Below are positions 1 to 9,719 of a stretch of 64,000 nucleotides of DNA, piece after piece (the stretch's first letter is position 1; every line of letters starts with the position of its first letter). The DNA is from Nanohaloarchaea archaeon B1-Br10_U2g21 (GTDB lineage: Archaea > Nanohalarchaeota > Nanosalinia > Nanosalinales > Nanosalinaceae), in assembly GCA_001563915.1 (NCBI GenBank), contig LKMP01000003.1, positions 1 to 64,000 of the forward strand, read 5' to 3'. The position numbers and the translations under genes are program-made. The notes below the pieces were generated by a model. That model was not told the origin of the DNA, searched no databases, and saw only the letters and a list, made by a program, of their open reading frames with translations.

Positions 1-866
1 ATGAAGAATTTACCCTAAAAAACGTCCGAGATGCACCTAACACAGATAGAACAAAAGAAAATACAATCATTGAATTTAGTGAAGATAAAAGTTCTCGACT
101 AATTCTCTCAGATACTCTGAAAGGCTATGGACCTTATTTTAGAAACAGCATAGCAGAAAATCTTGATAAAATTGACCAAAATATTGATAGAGCCCTTCTT
201 TCAGGGTTTCACAATGTAGAAGGTAACAAAGAAGCTAAAATAGAGAAGGCAAGACAACAAATATCTCAAATAAACTCTAGAAAGCACTTAGAATTAGTAG
301 ATTGTAAAGAAAACGTATTCGAACTTATACTAGAAACACTTGGAACTGAAATAGATAGTTTAGGTCTTGATGAGACTGAAACTCGTAAAGTAGCAGAAAT
401 ACTTGATATAGATATCTCTTTACAGCTTCACATCGGAGAGGCTTTTGAGATAAGCCAAAAATTAATGGAAAGCTACGACATTGAGAGAGTTCACCTTCAT
501 ACTTACAGATACCACTTACTAGTTGCTGATGGAACTTATCCTGTAAGTTTGAGAGATTTGAGAGATGCAATGGTTTTTGGAGAAGTTTGTGCCATTCTAT
601 GTGCTGATAACGGGCGTTTACCAGAACTTAATGACTTCGAAGGCCTAGATTTTGAAAGAATGCACGTAAGAGATTTAGAAGAAATGCAAGAGTTCTCTAA
701 TTTCTTTGAGCTTGATGATTTTGTAGAGGACGGTTTTGCAGAGGTTTCAGGCTATAAAGTCGCAGCTATCCCTACATTAATCCATGAAGAACCTGAGAGG
801 CTCGTAGGCATGGGCGACATAATCAGTTCAGGAGCCTATGTATATGAGATCAGCAAAGAGATCTGA
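1..866 (+). CDS. ADP-dependent sugar kinase (ADP-PFK/ADP-GK family), C-terminal part; 5-prime partial, runs off window start
   Basis: Frame 3 is open from nt 3 to the stop at 864-866, so the listed 133-aa ORF from the internal Met at 465 is only the tail. The upstream translation (…GYGPYFRNSIAENLDKIDQNIDRALLSGFHNVEGNKEAKIEKARQQ…) continues the same protein. The C-terminal VGMGDIISSGAYVYE motif resembles the GxGDxISxG nucleotide-binding motif of ADP-dependent PFK/glucokinases. Confidence 0.55.
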   Translation, partial: EEFTLKNVRDAPNTDRTKENTIIEFSEDKSSRLILSDTLKGYGPYFRNSIAENLDKIDQNIDRALLSGFHNVEGNKEAKIEKARQQISQINSRKHLELVDCKENVFELILETLGTEIDSLGLDETETRKVAEILDIDISLQLHIGEAFEISQKLMESYDIERVHLHTYRYHLLVADGTYPVSLRDLRDAMVFGEVCAILCADNGRLPELNDFEGLDFERMHVRDLEEMQEFSNFFELDDFVEDGFAEVSGYKVAAIPTLIHEEPERLVGMGDIISSGAYVYEISKEI

Positions 867-2160
867 CATCTGCCTCAACTTTTTCCAGTATTTTTTTCAG
901 CGCCTCTTCTGTATCTGCTTCACAACGAACACTCATTTTTTCCTCAGTGTTTGAAGGCCTAATCAACGCCCATCCATCCTTAAAATTTATTTTGACGCCA
1001 TCTTTAGTAGATAAATCATAATCTGCGTATTTTTCAGATATTTTTTGTATTACTACCTCTTTTTTCCCATGAGGACAGTCAATACGGAGTTCAGGCGAAA
1101 CAGGATAATCTGGATAATTTTTCAGCTTATTTATGCCGCCGTCCTCTACTATTTGACACATTAGACAGGCTGCTAACAAGCCATCATCCCACGGGAATCC
1201 AAGGAAAGGGAAGTAGTAATGTCCTGAAAGCTCTCCTGCGAATACTATTTCTTCATCAGCATGAATCATTTCTGCAATAAATGTGTGGCCTACCCGAGAC
1301 TCAACTGCTTTTCCTCCTGATCGCTCTACTATTTCTTTTACAAGTTTTGAAGCGCGAAGGTCATGCACAACTTTGCCTTGTTTATCTTCTAACGCCTCTT
1401 CAGCAAAAAGGGCAAGTACTTTGTCTTCTGAAATATATTCTCCTTCTACAATAAATCCTGCTCGGTCCCCATCACCGTCAAAAATTATCCCCATATCCTC
1501 ATCAGACATTTTTTCTTTCAAAGCATTCTGAGCTTCTTTTTCATGAGGCGCTGGAAGATGATTCGGGAAGTTGCCGTCAACCTCCATATTCACATTCTTT
1601 AGACTGCATCCTATAGCTTCAAGAAGTCTGGGCGCTGTTTTAGCAGCAACTCCATTACCATAATTTACTGCAACCTCTAGATCGACATCAAATAATTCTG
1701 AAATTCCTTCAATATAGCTTTTCTCTACTTCAACTTCGGTGAGACTCCCTTCTTCTTCTGAAAAATTTTCTGAGTCATATATTTCTTCTATTTCAGCCAT
1801 TCCTCCCTCTCTAGACATCGCTAATCCATCAGTTTTTGTAAATTTGAACCCTGTATATTCAGAAGGATTGTGTGATGCCGTAACAACGACTGCGTGATTT
1901 AATTCTCTTTCAGCCATTCCGTAATAAACTACTGGCGTTGGAAGTGTGCCCACATCCAGTATATGAGCTCCAGTTGATTTTAGACCTCTAATAAACGCAG
2001 AAGTTACTTCTTCAGCATGTGTTCTCCCATCCCTACCAACCATTACTTTTTCAGGACCTGTGTATGTACCGTAAGCTTTACCTATTTTTTCTGCTTCTTT
2101 TTCGGATATTTGATCTTGAAACTTACCTCTAAGGTCGTATGCATGAAAGAAAGACGCCAT
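850..2160 (-). CDS. phosphoglucomutase/phosphomannomutase (alpha-D-phosphohexomutase family)
   Basis: Active-site TASHNP motif (…AVVVTASHNPSEYTGFK…), GDGDRAGFI metal-binding loop, length 436 aa. Confidence 0.85.
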   Translation of the reverse strand: MASFFHAYDLRGKFQDQISEKEAEKIGKAYGTYTGPEKVMVGRDGRTHAEEVTSAFIRGLKSTGAHILDVGTLPTPVVYYGMAERELNHAVVVTASHNPSEYTGFKFTKTDGLAMSREGGMAEIEEIYDSENFSEEEGSLTEVEVEKSYIEGISELFDVDLEVAVNYGNGVAAKTAPRLLEAIGCSLKNVNMEVDGNFPNHLPAPHEKEAQNALKEKMSDEDMGIIFDGDGDRAGFIVEGEYISEDKVLALFAEEALEDKQGKVVHDLRASKLVKEIVERSGGKAVESRVGHTFIAEMIHADEEIVFAGELSGHYYFPFLGFPWDDGLLAACLMCQIVEDGGINKLKNYPDYPVSPELRIDCPHGKKEVVIQKISEKYADYDLSTKDGVKINFKDGWALIRPSNTEEKMSVRCEADTEEALKKILEKVEADVRSLC

Positions 2161-2200
2161 ATTACAATGTATTACGTCCAGCGTTTTTAGATGTAACGTA

Positions 2201-2962
2201 CTAGAAAGGAGAAACTTCGTTGAATTTCATCTTCAGTTTTTCTCCTATGCCTCTTCTTGGAGGTTGTTGTCCTTTAACCCTATAAGCAACATCTTCAATT
2301 CTTTTTGAGACCTTTGAATCAGGCCTATAAGTCATAACTGGCTCTCTAAGAGCAATACCTTCTCTTACATGCGTGTGATCGGGCACTTTTCCAACTATAG
2401 GTGCTTCAACTAAATCATGTATATCTTCAAGATCTACTTCACAATTCTCATTCCTGACACTATTCAAAACTAGACCAATTACTTCCCTATCAAGTTGTTC
2501 AGCTAGCTTTTTGGCCCCAAGACAGTTGGTTAAAGATGGTAATTCTGGCTGTGATACTAACAATACTTCATCTGAAGCTTCTATACTGGCCTGTACTTCA
2601 TCCCCAATCCCAGCTGCAGCATCTATAAATACAAAATCTTTATCTCCAAGAAAATCAACTAACGCATGCTTCAAGTTTTCTGCATCAGCCTGAAAATCTA
2701 GTATACTTGCTGGCAGGACTGATACACCCTCACTATGTTTTGATACTGCTTGAGTTATGTACGCCTCTCCTCTCAACACATCATTAAGAGATACATCTTG
2801 AAATCCAAGTCCAAAGTGTTGAGCCACATTAGCACCTGAAAAATTTCCGTCTATTATCAGAACTTCATGACCATGCTGGGCTAGAGCAGTGCCTAAATTT
2901 ACAGTCATAGTAGTTTTGCCAACACCGCCTTTACCAGATACGACAGATATGACTCTAGTCAT
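2201..2962 (-). CDS. MinD/ParA-family P-loop ATPase
   Basis: Deviant Walker A motif SGKGGVGKTT at the N-terminus. Length 253 aa. Confidence 0.8.
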   Translation of the reverse strand: MTRVISVVSGKGGVGKTTMTVNLGTALAQHGHEVLIIDGNFSGANVAQHFGLGFQDVSLNDVLRGEAYITQAVSKHSEGVSVLPASILDFQADAENLKHALVDFLGDKDFVFIDAAAGIGDEVQASIEASDEVLLVSQPELPSLTNCLGAKKLAEQLDREVIGLVLNSVRNENCEVDLEDIHDLVEAPIVGKVPDHTHVREGIALREPVMTYRPDSKVSKRIEDVAYRVKGQQPPRRGIGEKLKMKFNEVSPF

Positions 2963-2997
2963 TAACTTAGAATTCGTTTACCCACAATAAAAAGGTT

Positions 2998-3774
2998 CTA
3001 CCTAAGCTTGCCAAATAACTTTCCTAAAAACCCTTCCTCTTGTAGCCTAGGCTCATATTCTAGACCATGAACATCTGCAGCAATCTTCTTGAAACGTTCT
3101 GAGACATGGTGATCCGGGTCATGATGAATTATAGGTTTCTTTGCTGCTAGCGCCTCATCAACTTTTTGATGATCAGGCACATGCATAAGAATTTCGTAGC
3201 CAATCATAGACTCTACCTCTTCCTGATTCAGCTCCGCATCATTGTCACGCACCTTATTCAGCACGACACCAGTTATATCAGTTCCTGCTTCTTCTGCAAT
3301 ATTCACAGTCTTCAATGCATCAGTAACCGCAGGCAGATTCGGATTTGTAACTATTAGTACCTCATCTGAGGCTTCAATAGCATTCACCGACTCATTCCCT
3401 AAGCCTGCAGCCGAATCAATTAATACAAAATCTGGTTCTCCCACTGCATCTAGTAAAACATCACTAAGGTTTTCAGGGCTTGTATCTTTCAAATCTTCCA
3501 CAGAAAGTCCTGCAGGCACTACTCTTAAACCAGAGTCATGAATGTACATCGCCTCTGTTATGTGTGCATCTCCTTTTAGCACATCATGTAAGGTCTTTGG
3601 GTACAGCGGTATTCCTATGTGGAATCCTAGATTTGGATTCGTCAGATTTGCGTCTAATACTACTGTATCTGCTCCGAAGTGCGTTAGTGCTGCTCCGAGG
3701 TTTGACGTCACTGTAGTTTTTCCTACTCCTCCTTTACCACTGCTTACACAGATGAGCCTGGTCATCGTAAACAA
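2998..3774 (-). CDS. MinD/ParA-family P-loop ATPase (paralog of the upstream gene)
   Basis: SGKGGVGKTT deviant Walker A motif. 258 aa. In tandem with a similar ATPase. Confidence 0.8.
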   Translation of the reverse strand: MFTMTRLICVSSGKGGVGKTTVTSNLGAALTHFGADTVVLDANLTNPNLGFHIGIPLYPKTLHDVLKGDAHITEAMYIHDSGLRVVPAGLSVEDLKDTSPENLSDVLLDAVGEPDFVLIDSAAGLGNESVNAIEASDEVLIVTNPNLPAVTDALKTVNIAEEAGTDITGVVLNKVRDNDAELNQEEVESMIGYEILMHVPDHQKVDEALAAKKPIIHHDPDHHVSERFKKIAADVHGLEYEPRLQEEGFLGKLFGKLR

Positions 3775-3867
3775 AAATTAGACTAGCAGTATTTAAATTA
3801 CCACGTGATGAGAAACTCCAGACCTCTGACTTTAGATTAAAATAAGTTTTAACCCTATTTCATCTAC

Positions 3868-6648
3868 ATGACCCAAGAGTTCACGGAAAGACTCAAAGAT
3901 ATTGAAACAAAATGGCAGAAAGAGTGGGAGCAAAAAGGCCTCCATAACTCAGAGATGGATAAAGATCAAAAGAAATACTATGTCTTAGACATGTTCCCTT
4001 ATCCATCTGGCAGAATGCACATGGGTCACGGAAGAGCTTTTTCATTAGGAGATGCATATTCTCGGTTCAAATCAATGCAGGGCTTCAACGTAATGCATCC
4101 TATGGGTTGGGATGCTTTCGGAATGCCTGCGGAAAATGCAGCAATAGACCGAGACGTAAATCCTGGTGAATGGACACACGACTGCATCAACTCAATGAAA
4201 AAAGAGTTCAAAAGACTCGGTTTTTCGCTTGACTGGAGCCGAGAAGTAACAACCTGTGAGCCCGAATACTACAAATGGGATCAGTGGATATTCCAGAAAA
4301 TGCTTGAAGAAGGACTTGCTTACAGAGATCAGGCCGAAGTCAACTGGTGCCCTCAATGCGAGACAGTTCTTGCAGACGAACAAGTAGAAAACGGGCTTTG
4401 TTGGAGATGTGACAGCATCGTAGAAAATAGAGACATGAAGCAATGGAAGCTCGGTATAACAAATTATGCAGACGAACTACTTGAAGATCTTACCCAGTTA
4501 GAGGGCTGGCCTGATAAGGTAAGAAAAATGCAGCATGACTGGATTGGAAAAAGTAAAGGAGCAAAAATTAACTTCTCAGTAAAAGAAAGCGACAAAAAAA
4601 TCGAGGTGTTTACCACCAGACCCGATACAATTTTCGGCGCCACATTCATGGCTCTCGCCCCAGAACATAGTCTAGCTGGTGAAATAGCCGAAGAAAATGA
4701 AGAAGTAGCAAGATACATTGAAGAGGCTAAAAAGCGAGATTCAGAGGCCCGGGAGGAGAAATCCAAGTCAGGAGTATTTACAGGTTTTTATGCAGAAAAC
4801 CCTGTTAGCGGTGAGGAAATACCTATCTACGTTGCCGAATTTATTTTGATGGACTACGGTACTGGCGCAATAATGGCTGTTCCTGCACACGATGAACGCG
4901 ACTTTGAGTTTGCCCAAGAACACGGGATTGAAATTAGAAAAGTAGTTGAACCTAGAAATGATCATGACTTCAGTAAGGAGGCGTACGATGGTGATGGAGA
5001 CCATGTTAACTCTGAGTTCTTGAATGGTCTTGGAAAAGAAGATGCTATAGAAGAAATAGTAGACGTGCTTAAAAGCAAAGGATTAGGAGAAGAAGATGTT
5101 AATTACAAACTCCGTGACTGGCTGATTTCTAGACAACGTTATTGGGGAACACCCATACCTGTAGTTTATTGTGACAAATGTGGAACAGTGCCTGTTCCTG
5201 AAGAAGATTTGCCTGTGGAGCTTCCTGAAGATGTAGAGTTCACTGGCCAAGGCAATCCTATTAAGACTTCAAATCACTTCATAGAGACCGAGTGTCCTGA
5301 GTGTGGCGAAGACGCTAGAAGAGAGACCGATACAATGGATACATTCATTAATTCTTCTTGGTACTTCCTACGTTACTGTTCGCCAAATTTTGAGGATGCT
5401 CCTTTTGATGAAGATGAGGCCAATTATTGGATGAATGTTGATCAATATGTAGGCGGGGTAGAGCACGCAGTAATGCACTTGCTTTATGCACGGTTCTTTA
5501 ACAAGTTTCTTAGAGATAAAGGCATGATAGAAAACGATGAACCATTCGAAAAACTATTAACACAAGGAATGGTGAATCATCCTGCATACAGTTGTCCTGA
5601 ACATGGATGGATATATCCTGAACAAGTAGAAGATGGAGATATATGCAGCAAGTGTGGTCAAGAAGTTGAAGTAGAGGTCATGAAGATGTCAAAGTCTAAG
5701 AACAATGTCGTGAGACCTTCAGAACTGGTAGAGAATTATGGCGCAGATACTGCCAGAACATTTATTTTACGAGCTTCACACCCTGAAAAGGAGCTTGACT
5801 GGTCACAAGATGGCGTTGAGTCATCCAGAGAAATGCTTGAAAGAATCAATAGACTTGTCATAGAAAATGAAGGCTTGATTACAGATGAAGAACCTAATCT
5901 TTCGGAACTAGGCCTCGAAGATAGAATTGTCTCAAGCAGAATTCAGAGAACTAAGGAGAAAATAACTGAAAGCTGCGAGAACTATGAATTCAATATTGCG
6001 ATTGGAGAACTTGATAAGTTGCTGACAAAACTGTACTGGTACTTGCAAAGAGATCCTAAACCAGAAGTGTTTAGTGAAGGCGTAAGAGCTGTTGTGAAGC
6101 TTTTAGGTCCTTTTGCCCCGCATCTTTCTGATGAGTTATGGAACAACGAACTTAAGAACAATGAGTTCATCTTTGAGTCCGAATGGCCTAAACCTGATCC
6201 AGAACTATTAGACAGTGAGGCTGAAGACATCGATAAATACTTTGATAGGGTGGCAAGCGACGTAAGAGACATAAAAAATATGATCTCCAGCGAACCAGAT
6301 CAAATTAAGATAATTCAGGCCTCAGACTGGAAATATGAGGCTTTTGAAAAGATAAAAGAAAACTTAGAGCTCCAAGACGTTGGAAAGATAATGGGTGAAA
6401 TTCTCGACGATAACCTGAAGACTCACGCACAAGAAATTAACCAGCTAGTAATTAAGGCCGTTGAAAACCCTGGGAAATTCCAAAACCAGTACATGAGCCA
6501 AGAAACCGAATCTAAAGCATTGGAAGAGAACTTAGAGCGATGGAGAGAAGAATTTAACGTAGAAGTAAGGATAAGTTCTGAGGAAAAGTCCGAGGAAGAA
6601 AAATCCTCCCGTGCTGAATCTGGAAGGCCTGCGATTGTATTGAAATGA
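3868..6648 (+). CDS. leuS: leucyl-tRNA synthetase (archaeal type)
   Basis: HIGH-class motif (PYPSGRMHMGHGRAF), KMSKS motif (VMKMSKSKNN), CxxC zinc knuckles. 926 aa. Confidence 0.95.
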   Translation: MTQEFTERLKDIETKWQKEWEQKGLHNSEMDKDQKKYYVLDMFPYPSGRMHMGHGRAFSLGDAYSRFKSMQGFNVMHPMGWDAFGMPAENAAIDRDVNPGEWTHDCINSMKKEFKRLGFSLDWSREVTTCEPEYYKWDQWIFQKMLEEGLAYRDQAEVNWCPQCETVLADEQVENGLCWRCDSIVENRDMKQWKLGITNYADELLEDLTQLEGWPDKVRKMQHDWIGKSKGAKINFSVKESDKKIEVFTTRPDTIFGATFMALAPEHSLAGEIAEENEEVARYIEEAKKRDSEAREEKSKSGVFTGFYAENPVSGEEIPIYVAEFILMDYGTGAIMAVPAHDERDFEFAQEHGIEIRKVVEPRNDHDFSKEAYDGDGDHVNSEFLNGLGKEDAIEEIVDVLKSKGLGEEDVNYKLRDWLISRQRYWGTPIPVVYCDKCGTVPVPEEDLPVELPEDVEFTGQGNPIKTSNHFIETECPECGEDARRETDTMDTFINSSWYFLRYCSPNFEDAPFDEDEANYWMNVDQYVGGVEHAVMHLLYARFFNKFLRDKGMIENDEPFEKLLTQGMVNHPAYSCPEHGWIYPEQVEDGDICSKCGQEVEVEVMKMSKSKNNVVRPSELVENYGADTARTFILRASHPEKELDWSQDGVESSREMLERINRLVIENEGLITDEEPNLSELGLEDRIVSSRIQRTKEKITESCENYEFNIAIGELDKLLTKLYWYLQRDPKPEVFSEGVRAVVKLLGPFAPHLSDELWNNELKNNEFIFESEWPKPDPELLDSEAEDIDKYFDRVASDVRDIKNMISSEPDQIKIIQASDWKYEAFEKIKENLELQDVGKIMGEILDDNLKTHAQEINQLVIKAVENPGKFQNQYMSQETESKALEENLERWREEFNVEVRISSEEKSEEEKSSRAESGRPAIVLK

Positions 6649-7048
6649 TTAGAGAATACGTCTGTACGCTATAGCATTATAATGCTGTTCTAGCGAGGAT
6701 TTGCTGAGGCTGTAGAGATGAAGTAGTCGACATCTTATTCAGAAAAGATGATATCAACTATTTTTGCTAGCACAGAAATTATATCTCCTATATATCTTGA
6801 TCTCAAAATTAGTGGCTAAACGCGTCTAGAATACTTGACATTATCATGCTTATGGCGGAGCTCATGAAAAGACCGTCATTTAAACGAGGAAACCTATGAG
6901 ATAATCCTGAGTGTTTTGAAGACGTAATCTATGTCCGAGGTTTTATAGACGATAATTTTTCTGATAATGTGCAAAACTTTATTGAAGCCAAAAACTCTGA
7001 TGTTCGCAAAGCTTTACTACTTAACACGTCTATAAGCGAGTTATTAAC

Positions 7049-7318
7049 TTAATATCGCTTTAGGCTTTCTTTTAAGTCTTCATCAAGATGTTTATCGACT
7101 TCTATCTCTATATCCATCTCTTTTAACGCCTTTCTCTGTGCTCTGACTAGTTGTTCTGTCTTCTGGAGTCTTTGATTCATCAATGCCATCACTACCCAAA
7201 TCTGACCCACTGTAGGATTCTCAGAATCCATATAGGAGGATTCATACTGTTCAGCATCGAGTAAAAGGCTTTCCAATGATTCGCGCGGCTTTTTAGGCAG
7301 AGAATCTTTCCAAGTCAT
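7049..7318 (-). CDS. hypothetical small protein (89 aa)
   Basis: ORF only. No recognisable motif. Confidence 0.3.
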   Translation of the reverse strand: MTWKDSLPKKPRESLESLLLDAEQYESSYMDSENPTVGQIWVVMALMNQRLQKTEQLVRAQRKALKEMDIEIEVDKHLDEDLKESLKRY

Positions 7319-7370
7319 ACCGAATGTAGAGAGTTAAAGCCTTATAACTCTCATCGCCGTTGAGTAATCC

Positions 7371-8018
7371 ATGGAAAAAGGCGACATGGTGAAAATCGAG
7401 TACGTCGGAAAAACAAACGGCGAAGTATTTGATCTAAACTCCGAGGAAAAAGCAGAAGAAGAAAATTTAGAAACAGAAAAAGTAGAATTTAATCCTCTAC
7501 CCGTTTTGCTTGGAGAAAACTATGTAATTGAAGGTCTAGAAGAATCTCTGCTAGACATGGAGGTCGGAGAGGAAAAAGAGTTGGAAATATCTGCCGAAAA
7601 GGCTTACGGCGAAAGAGACAGCGATAAGGTGCAAACATTTCCGGAAAAAGCCTTCAAAGATCAAGGTGTGCAAGTCAGACCTGGGGAAGACATAATGGTA
7701 GGTCATCAAAGAGGCCGTGTAGTCTCAAAAGGTTCAGGCAGAGTTAGAGTCGACTTCAATCACCCGCTTTCTGGAAAAGATTTAGAATACTGGGTAAAGA
7801 TTGTTGAAAAAGTAGATGACGATAAAGAAATAGCCCAAAGCATACTTAATAACCGTTTAGGTCACGGAGAACTAGAATTCGACGAAGATGCTGTGACAGT
7901 AGTACATAAACACGAACATGACGAACACTCACACACTTTAAGCGAGGAATTCAAAGAACGGCTTTCGGAAGAAATTCTGGAATATACAGCATTTGAAGAT
8001 GTTGAATTCGACGAATAA
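7371..8018 (+). CDS. FKBP-type peptidyl-prolyl cis-trans isomerase (SlyD-like, with insert-in-flap region and His-rich C-terminal tail)
   Basis: GDMVKIEYVGK…GEVFD N-terminal FKBP signature, NHPLSGKDLEYWVKIVE C-terminal FKBP strand, HKHEHDEHSH tail. Confidence 0.75.
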   Translation: MEKGDMVKIEYVGKTNGEVFDLNSEEKAEEENLETEKVEFNPLPVLLGENYVIEGLEESLLDMEVGEEKELEISAEKAYGERDSDKVQTFPEKAFKDQGVQVRPGEDIMVGHQRGRVVSKGSGRVRVDFNHPLSGKDLEYWVKIVEKVDDDKEIAQSILNNRLGHGELEFDEDAVTVVHKHEHDEHSHTLSEEFKERLSEEILEYTAFEDVEFDE

Positions 8019-8060
8019 GGCCTCAAAAGCCTTTTAATCTTTATTTTAACAATTAATTCC

Positions 8061-8579
8061 ATGACTGGAGCAGTATTTCTTGAAGGCGATAAAATTGACT
8101 TGAGAACCATGGAAGTTGAAGATGCCGAAGCATTCACCGAAATAGTTAATCATCCAGAGGTCAGAAAATTCTTAGCGATTAGGAAGCCAATGAACAAACA
8201 GGATGAAGAAGAATTTATAGAGAACTTAAGCGATGATAACATCCATCTTTCAATTTATGCAGAAGACGAGCTGATTGGGAATATTGTCTTAAAAGAAAAA
8301 GAAAAAGATGTCGGAGAAATAGGCCTAATGATTCATCCAGACGCCCATGGAAATGGTTACGGCACTGAAGCTTCAAAGCTACTTATCAACCATGGATTTA
8401 AACAGTTGAGATATAATAAAATCTATGCAAGAGTTCTCTCAAACAATGAAAAGTCAAAATCTGTGTGGGAAAAGCTAGGTTTCCAAGAAGAAGGATGCTT
8501 ACGAGAACACATATTTATTGATGGAACTTTCGAGAACGCTCATATATACGGTATTTTAGAGGACGAATGGCATGGCTGA
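8061..8579 (+). CDS. GNAT N-acetyltransferase, RimJ/RimL (Acetyltransf_3) type
   Basis: IDLRTMEVEDAEAF…NHPEV…IGNIVLKE…GEIGLMIHPDAHGNGYGTEA…RVLSNNEKSKSVWEKLGFQEEGCLRE follows the RimL-family pattern. Overlaps the next gene by 8 nt. Confidence 0.75.
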   Translation: MTGAVFLEGDKIDLRTMEVEDAEAFTEIVNHPEVRKFLAIRKPMNKQDEEEFIENLSDDNIHLSIYAEDELIGNIVLKEKEKDVGEIGLMIHPDAHGNGYGTEASKLLINHGFKQLRYNKIYARVLSNNEKSKSVWEKLGFQEEGCLREHIFIDGTFENAHIYGILEDEWHG

Positions 8580-9627
8580 ATTTATTCTGCCCCCTAAATT
8601 GAAAAAAGGCGATAAAATAGCAGTAATAGGTACAGGTAACGGACCTTCTAAAGAAATTTTTCCAGAAGTGTATAATTTAGGCCTTGAGAGACTTAGAGAA
8701 GTTTTCGGATTGATACCCATAGAGTATCCTACCTCACAGGAAAACCCTGAATACCTTACAAATCATCCTAAACAGAGAGCAGAAGAGCTAATGCAAGCCT
8801 TCAAAGACGACGATATTAAAGGAGTGATAGCTGCTATTGGAGGTACTGGCGAACAAATCAGAATCCTGAAACACTTAGATCCTGAGGTCTTGAAAAATAA
8901 CCCTACTCGATTCTATGGTTATAGCGATAATACTTCTCTAAACCTTTATCTCTGGAAGCACGGCATAATCAGCTTTCAAGGGCCAATGGTTATGACTGAG
9001 CTAGCCATGCAGGGAAAAATGCATGATTACACAGTAGAACATGTAGGGAAGGCATTTTTTGATAATAGTATTGGTGAAGTAGAGGCGTCAAAACAATTTA
9101 CTGATGAAAATCTGGAGTGGGCTGAACCCGAAAATCTGGAGAAACACCGTGAAATGGAAGAAAATCCGGGATGGGAATGGCACAACTTCTCTGAGCCTAT
9201 TTCAGGGAGAACTTGGGGAGGTTGCTTAGAAATAGTCTCAATTAACATGTCAGCCGGGAGAATACCTGAAAAGCAAGAGCTTGAAGGAAAAATACTCCTG
9301 CTTGAGACCTCAGAAGAATTACCTGATAAAATACAAATCGAGGATTTTATGCTAGGCCTTGGAGAACGAGGAGTTCTTGAAGTATTAAAGGGAATAGTTG
9401 CCGGCAGAGCTAAAGCCCGAAGCCATCTTGAAGAACCAGAACCTGAAAAGCGAGAAGAATATCGAGAAAATCAGAAAGAAGCAATCAAGAAGTGGATGGA
9501 CGTTTATGCTCCTGATACTCCTATCTTATTCAACTTTGACTTCGGGCATACAGATCCTATAATACCAGCACCCATAGGAGGAAGAGTTGAGTTAAGACCT
9601 GAAACCGAACAAGTCATTTTTAGATGA
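8572..9627 (+). CDS. S66-family LD-carboxypeptidase / MccF-like serine peptidase
   Basis: N-terminal LKKGDKIAVIG and FYGYSDNTSL (GxSDxT catalytic-Ser motif of LdcA/MccF). 351 aa. Confidence 0.6.
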   Translation: MAEFILPPKLKKGDKIAVIGTGNGPSKEIFPEVYNLGLERLREVFGLIPIEYPTSQENPEYLTNHPKQRAEELMQAFKDDDIKGVIAAIGGTGEQIRILKHLDPEVLKNNPTRFYGYSDNTSLNLYLWKHGIISFQGPMVMTELAMQGKMHDYTVEHVGKAFFDNSIGEVEASKQFTDENLEWAEPENLEKHREMEENPGWEWHNFSEPISGRTWGGCLEIVSINMSAGRIPEKQELEGKILLLETSEELPDKIQIEDFMLGLGERGVLEVLKGIVAGRAKARSHLEEPEPEKREEYRENQKEAIKKWMDVYAPDTPILFNFDFGHTDPIIPAPIGGRVELRPETEQVIFR

Positions 9628-9719
9628 TTAAGTTGAACTGCTGCTGGTTTTGGTAGCGCTTCAGACCATTTTTAAATAGTTTGAGGACTACTTAATGAAT
9701 AATAGAACGGGGTTCAAAT

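Noticed and set aside
6649-7048. 400-bp intergenic region after leuS, checked for tRNA/ncRNA
   Set aside because: AT-rich with no cloverleaf-compatible GC-rich segment and no extended stems. Likely promoter/terminator space only.
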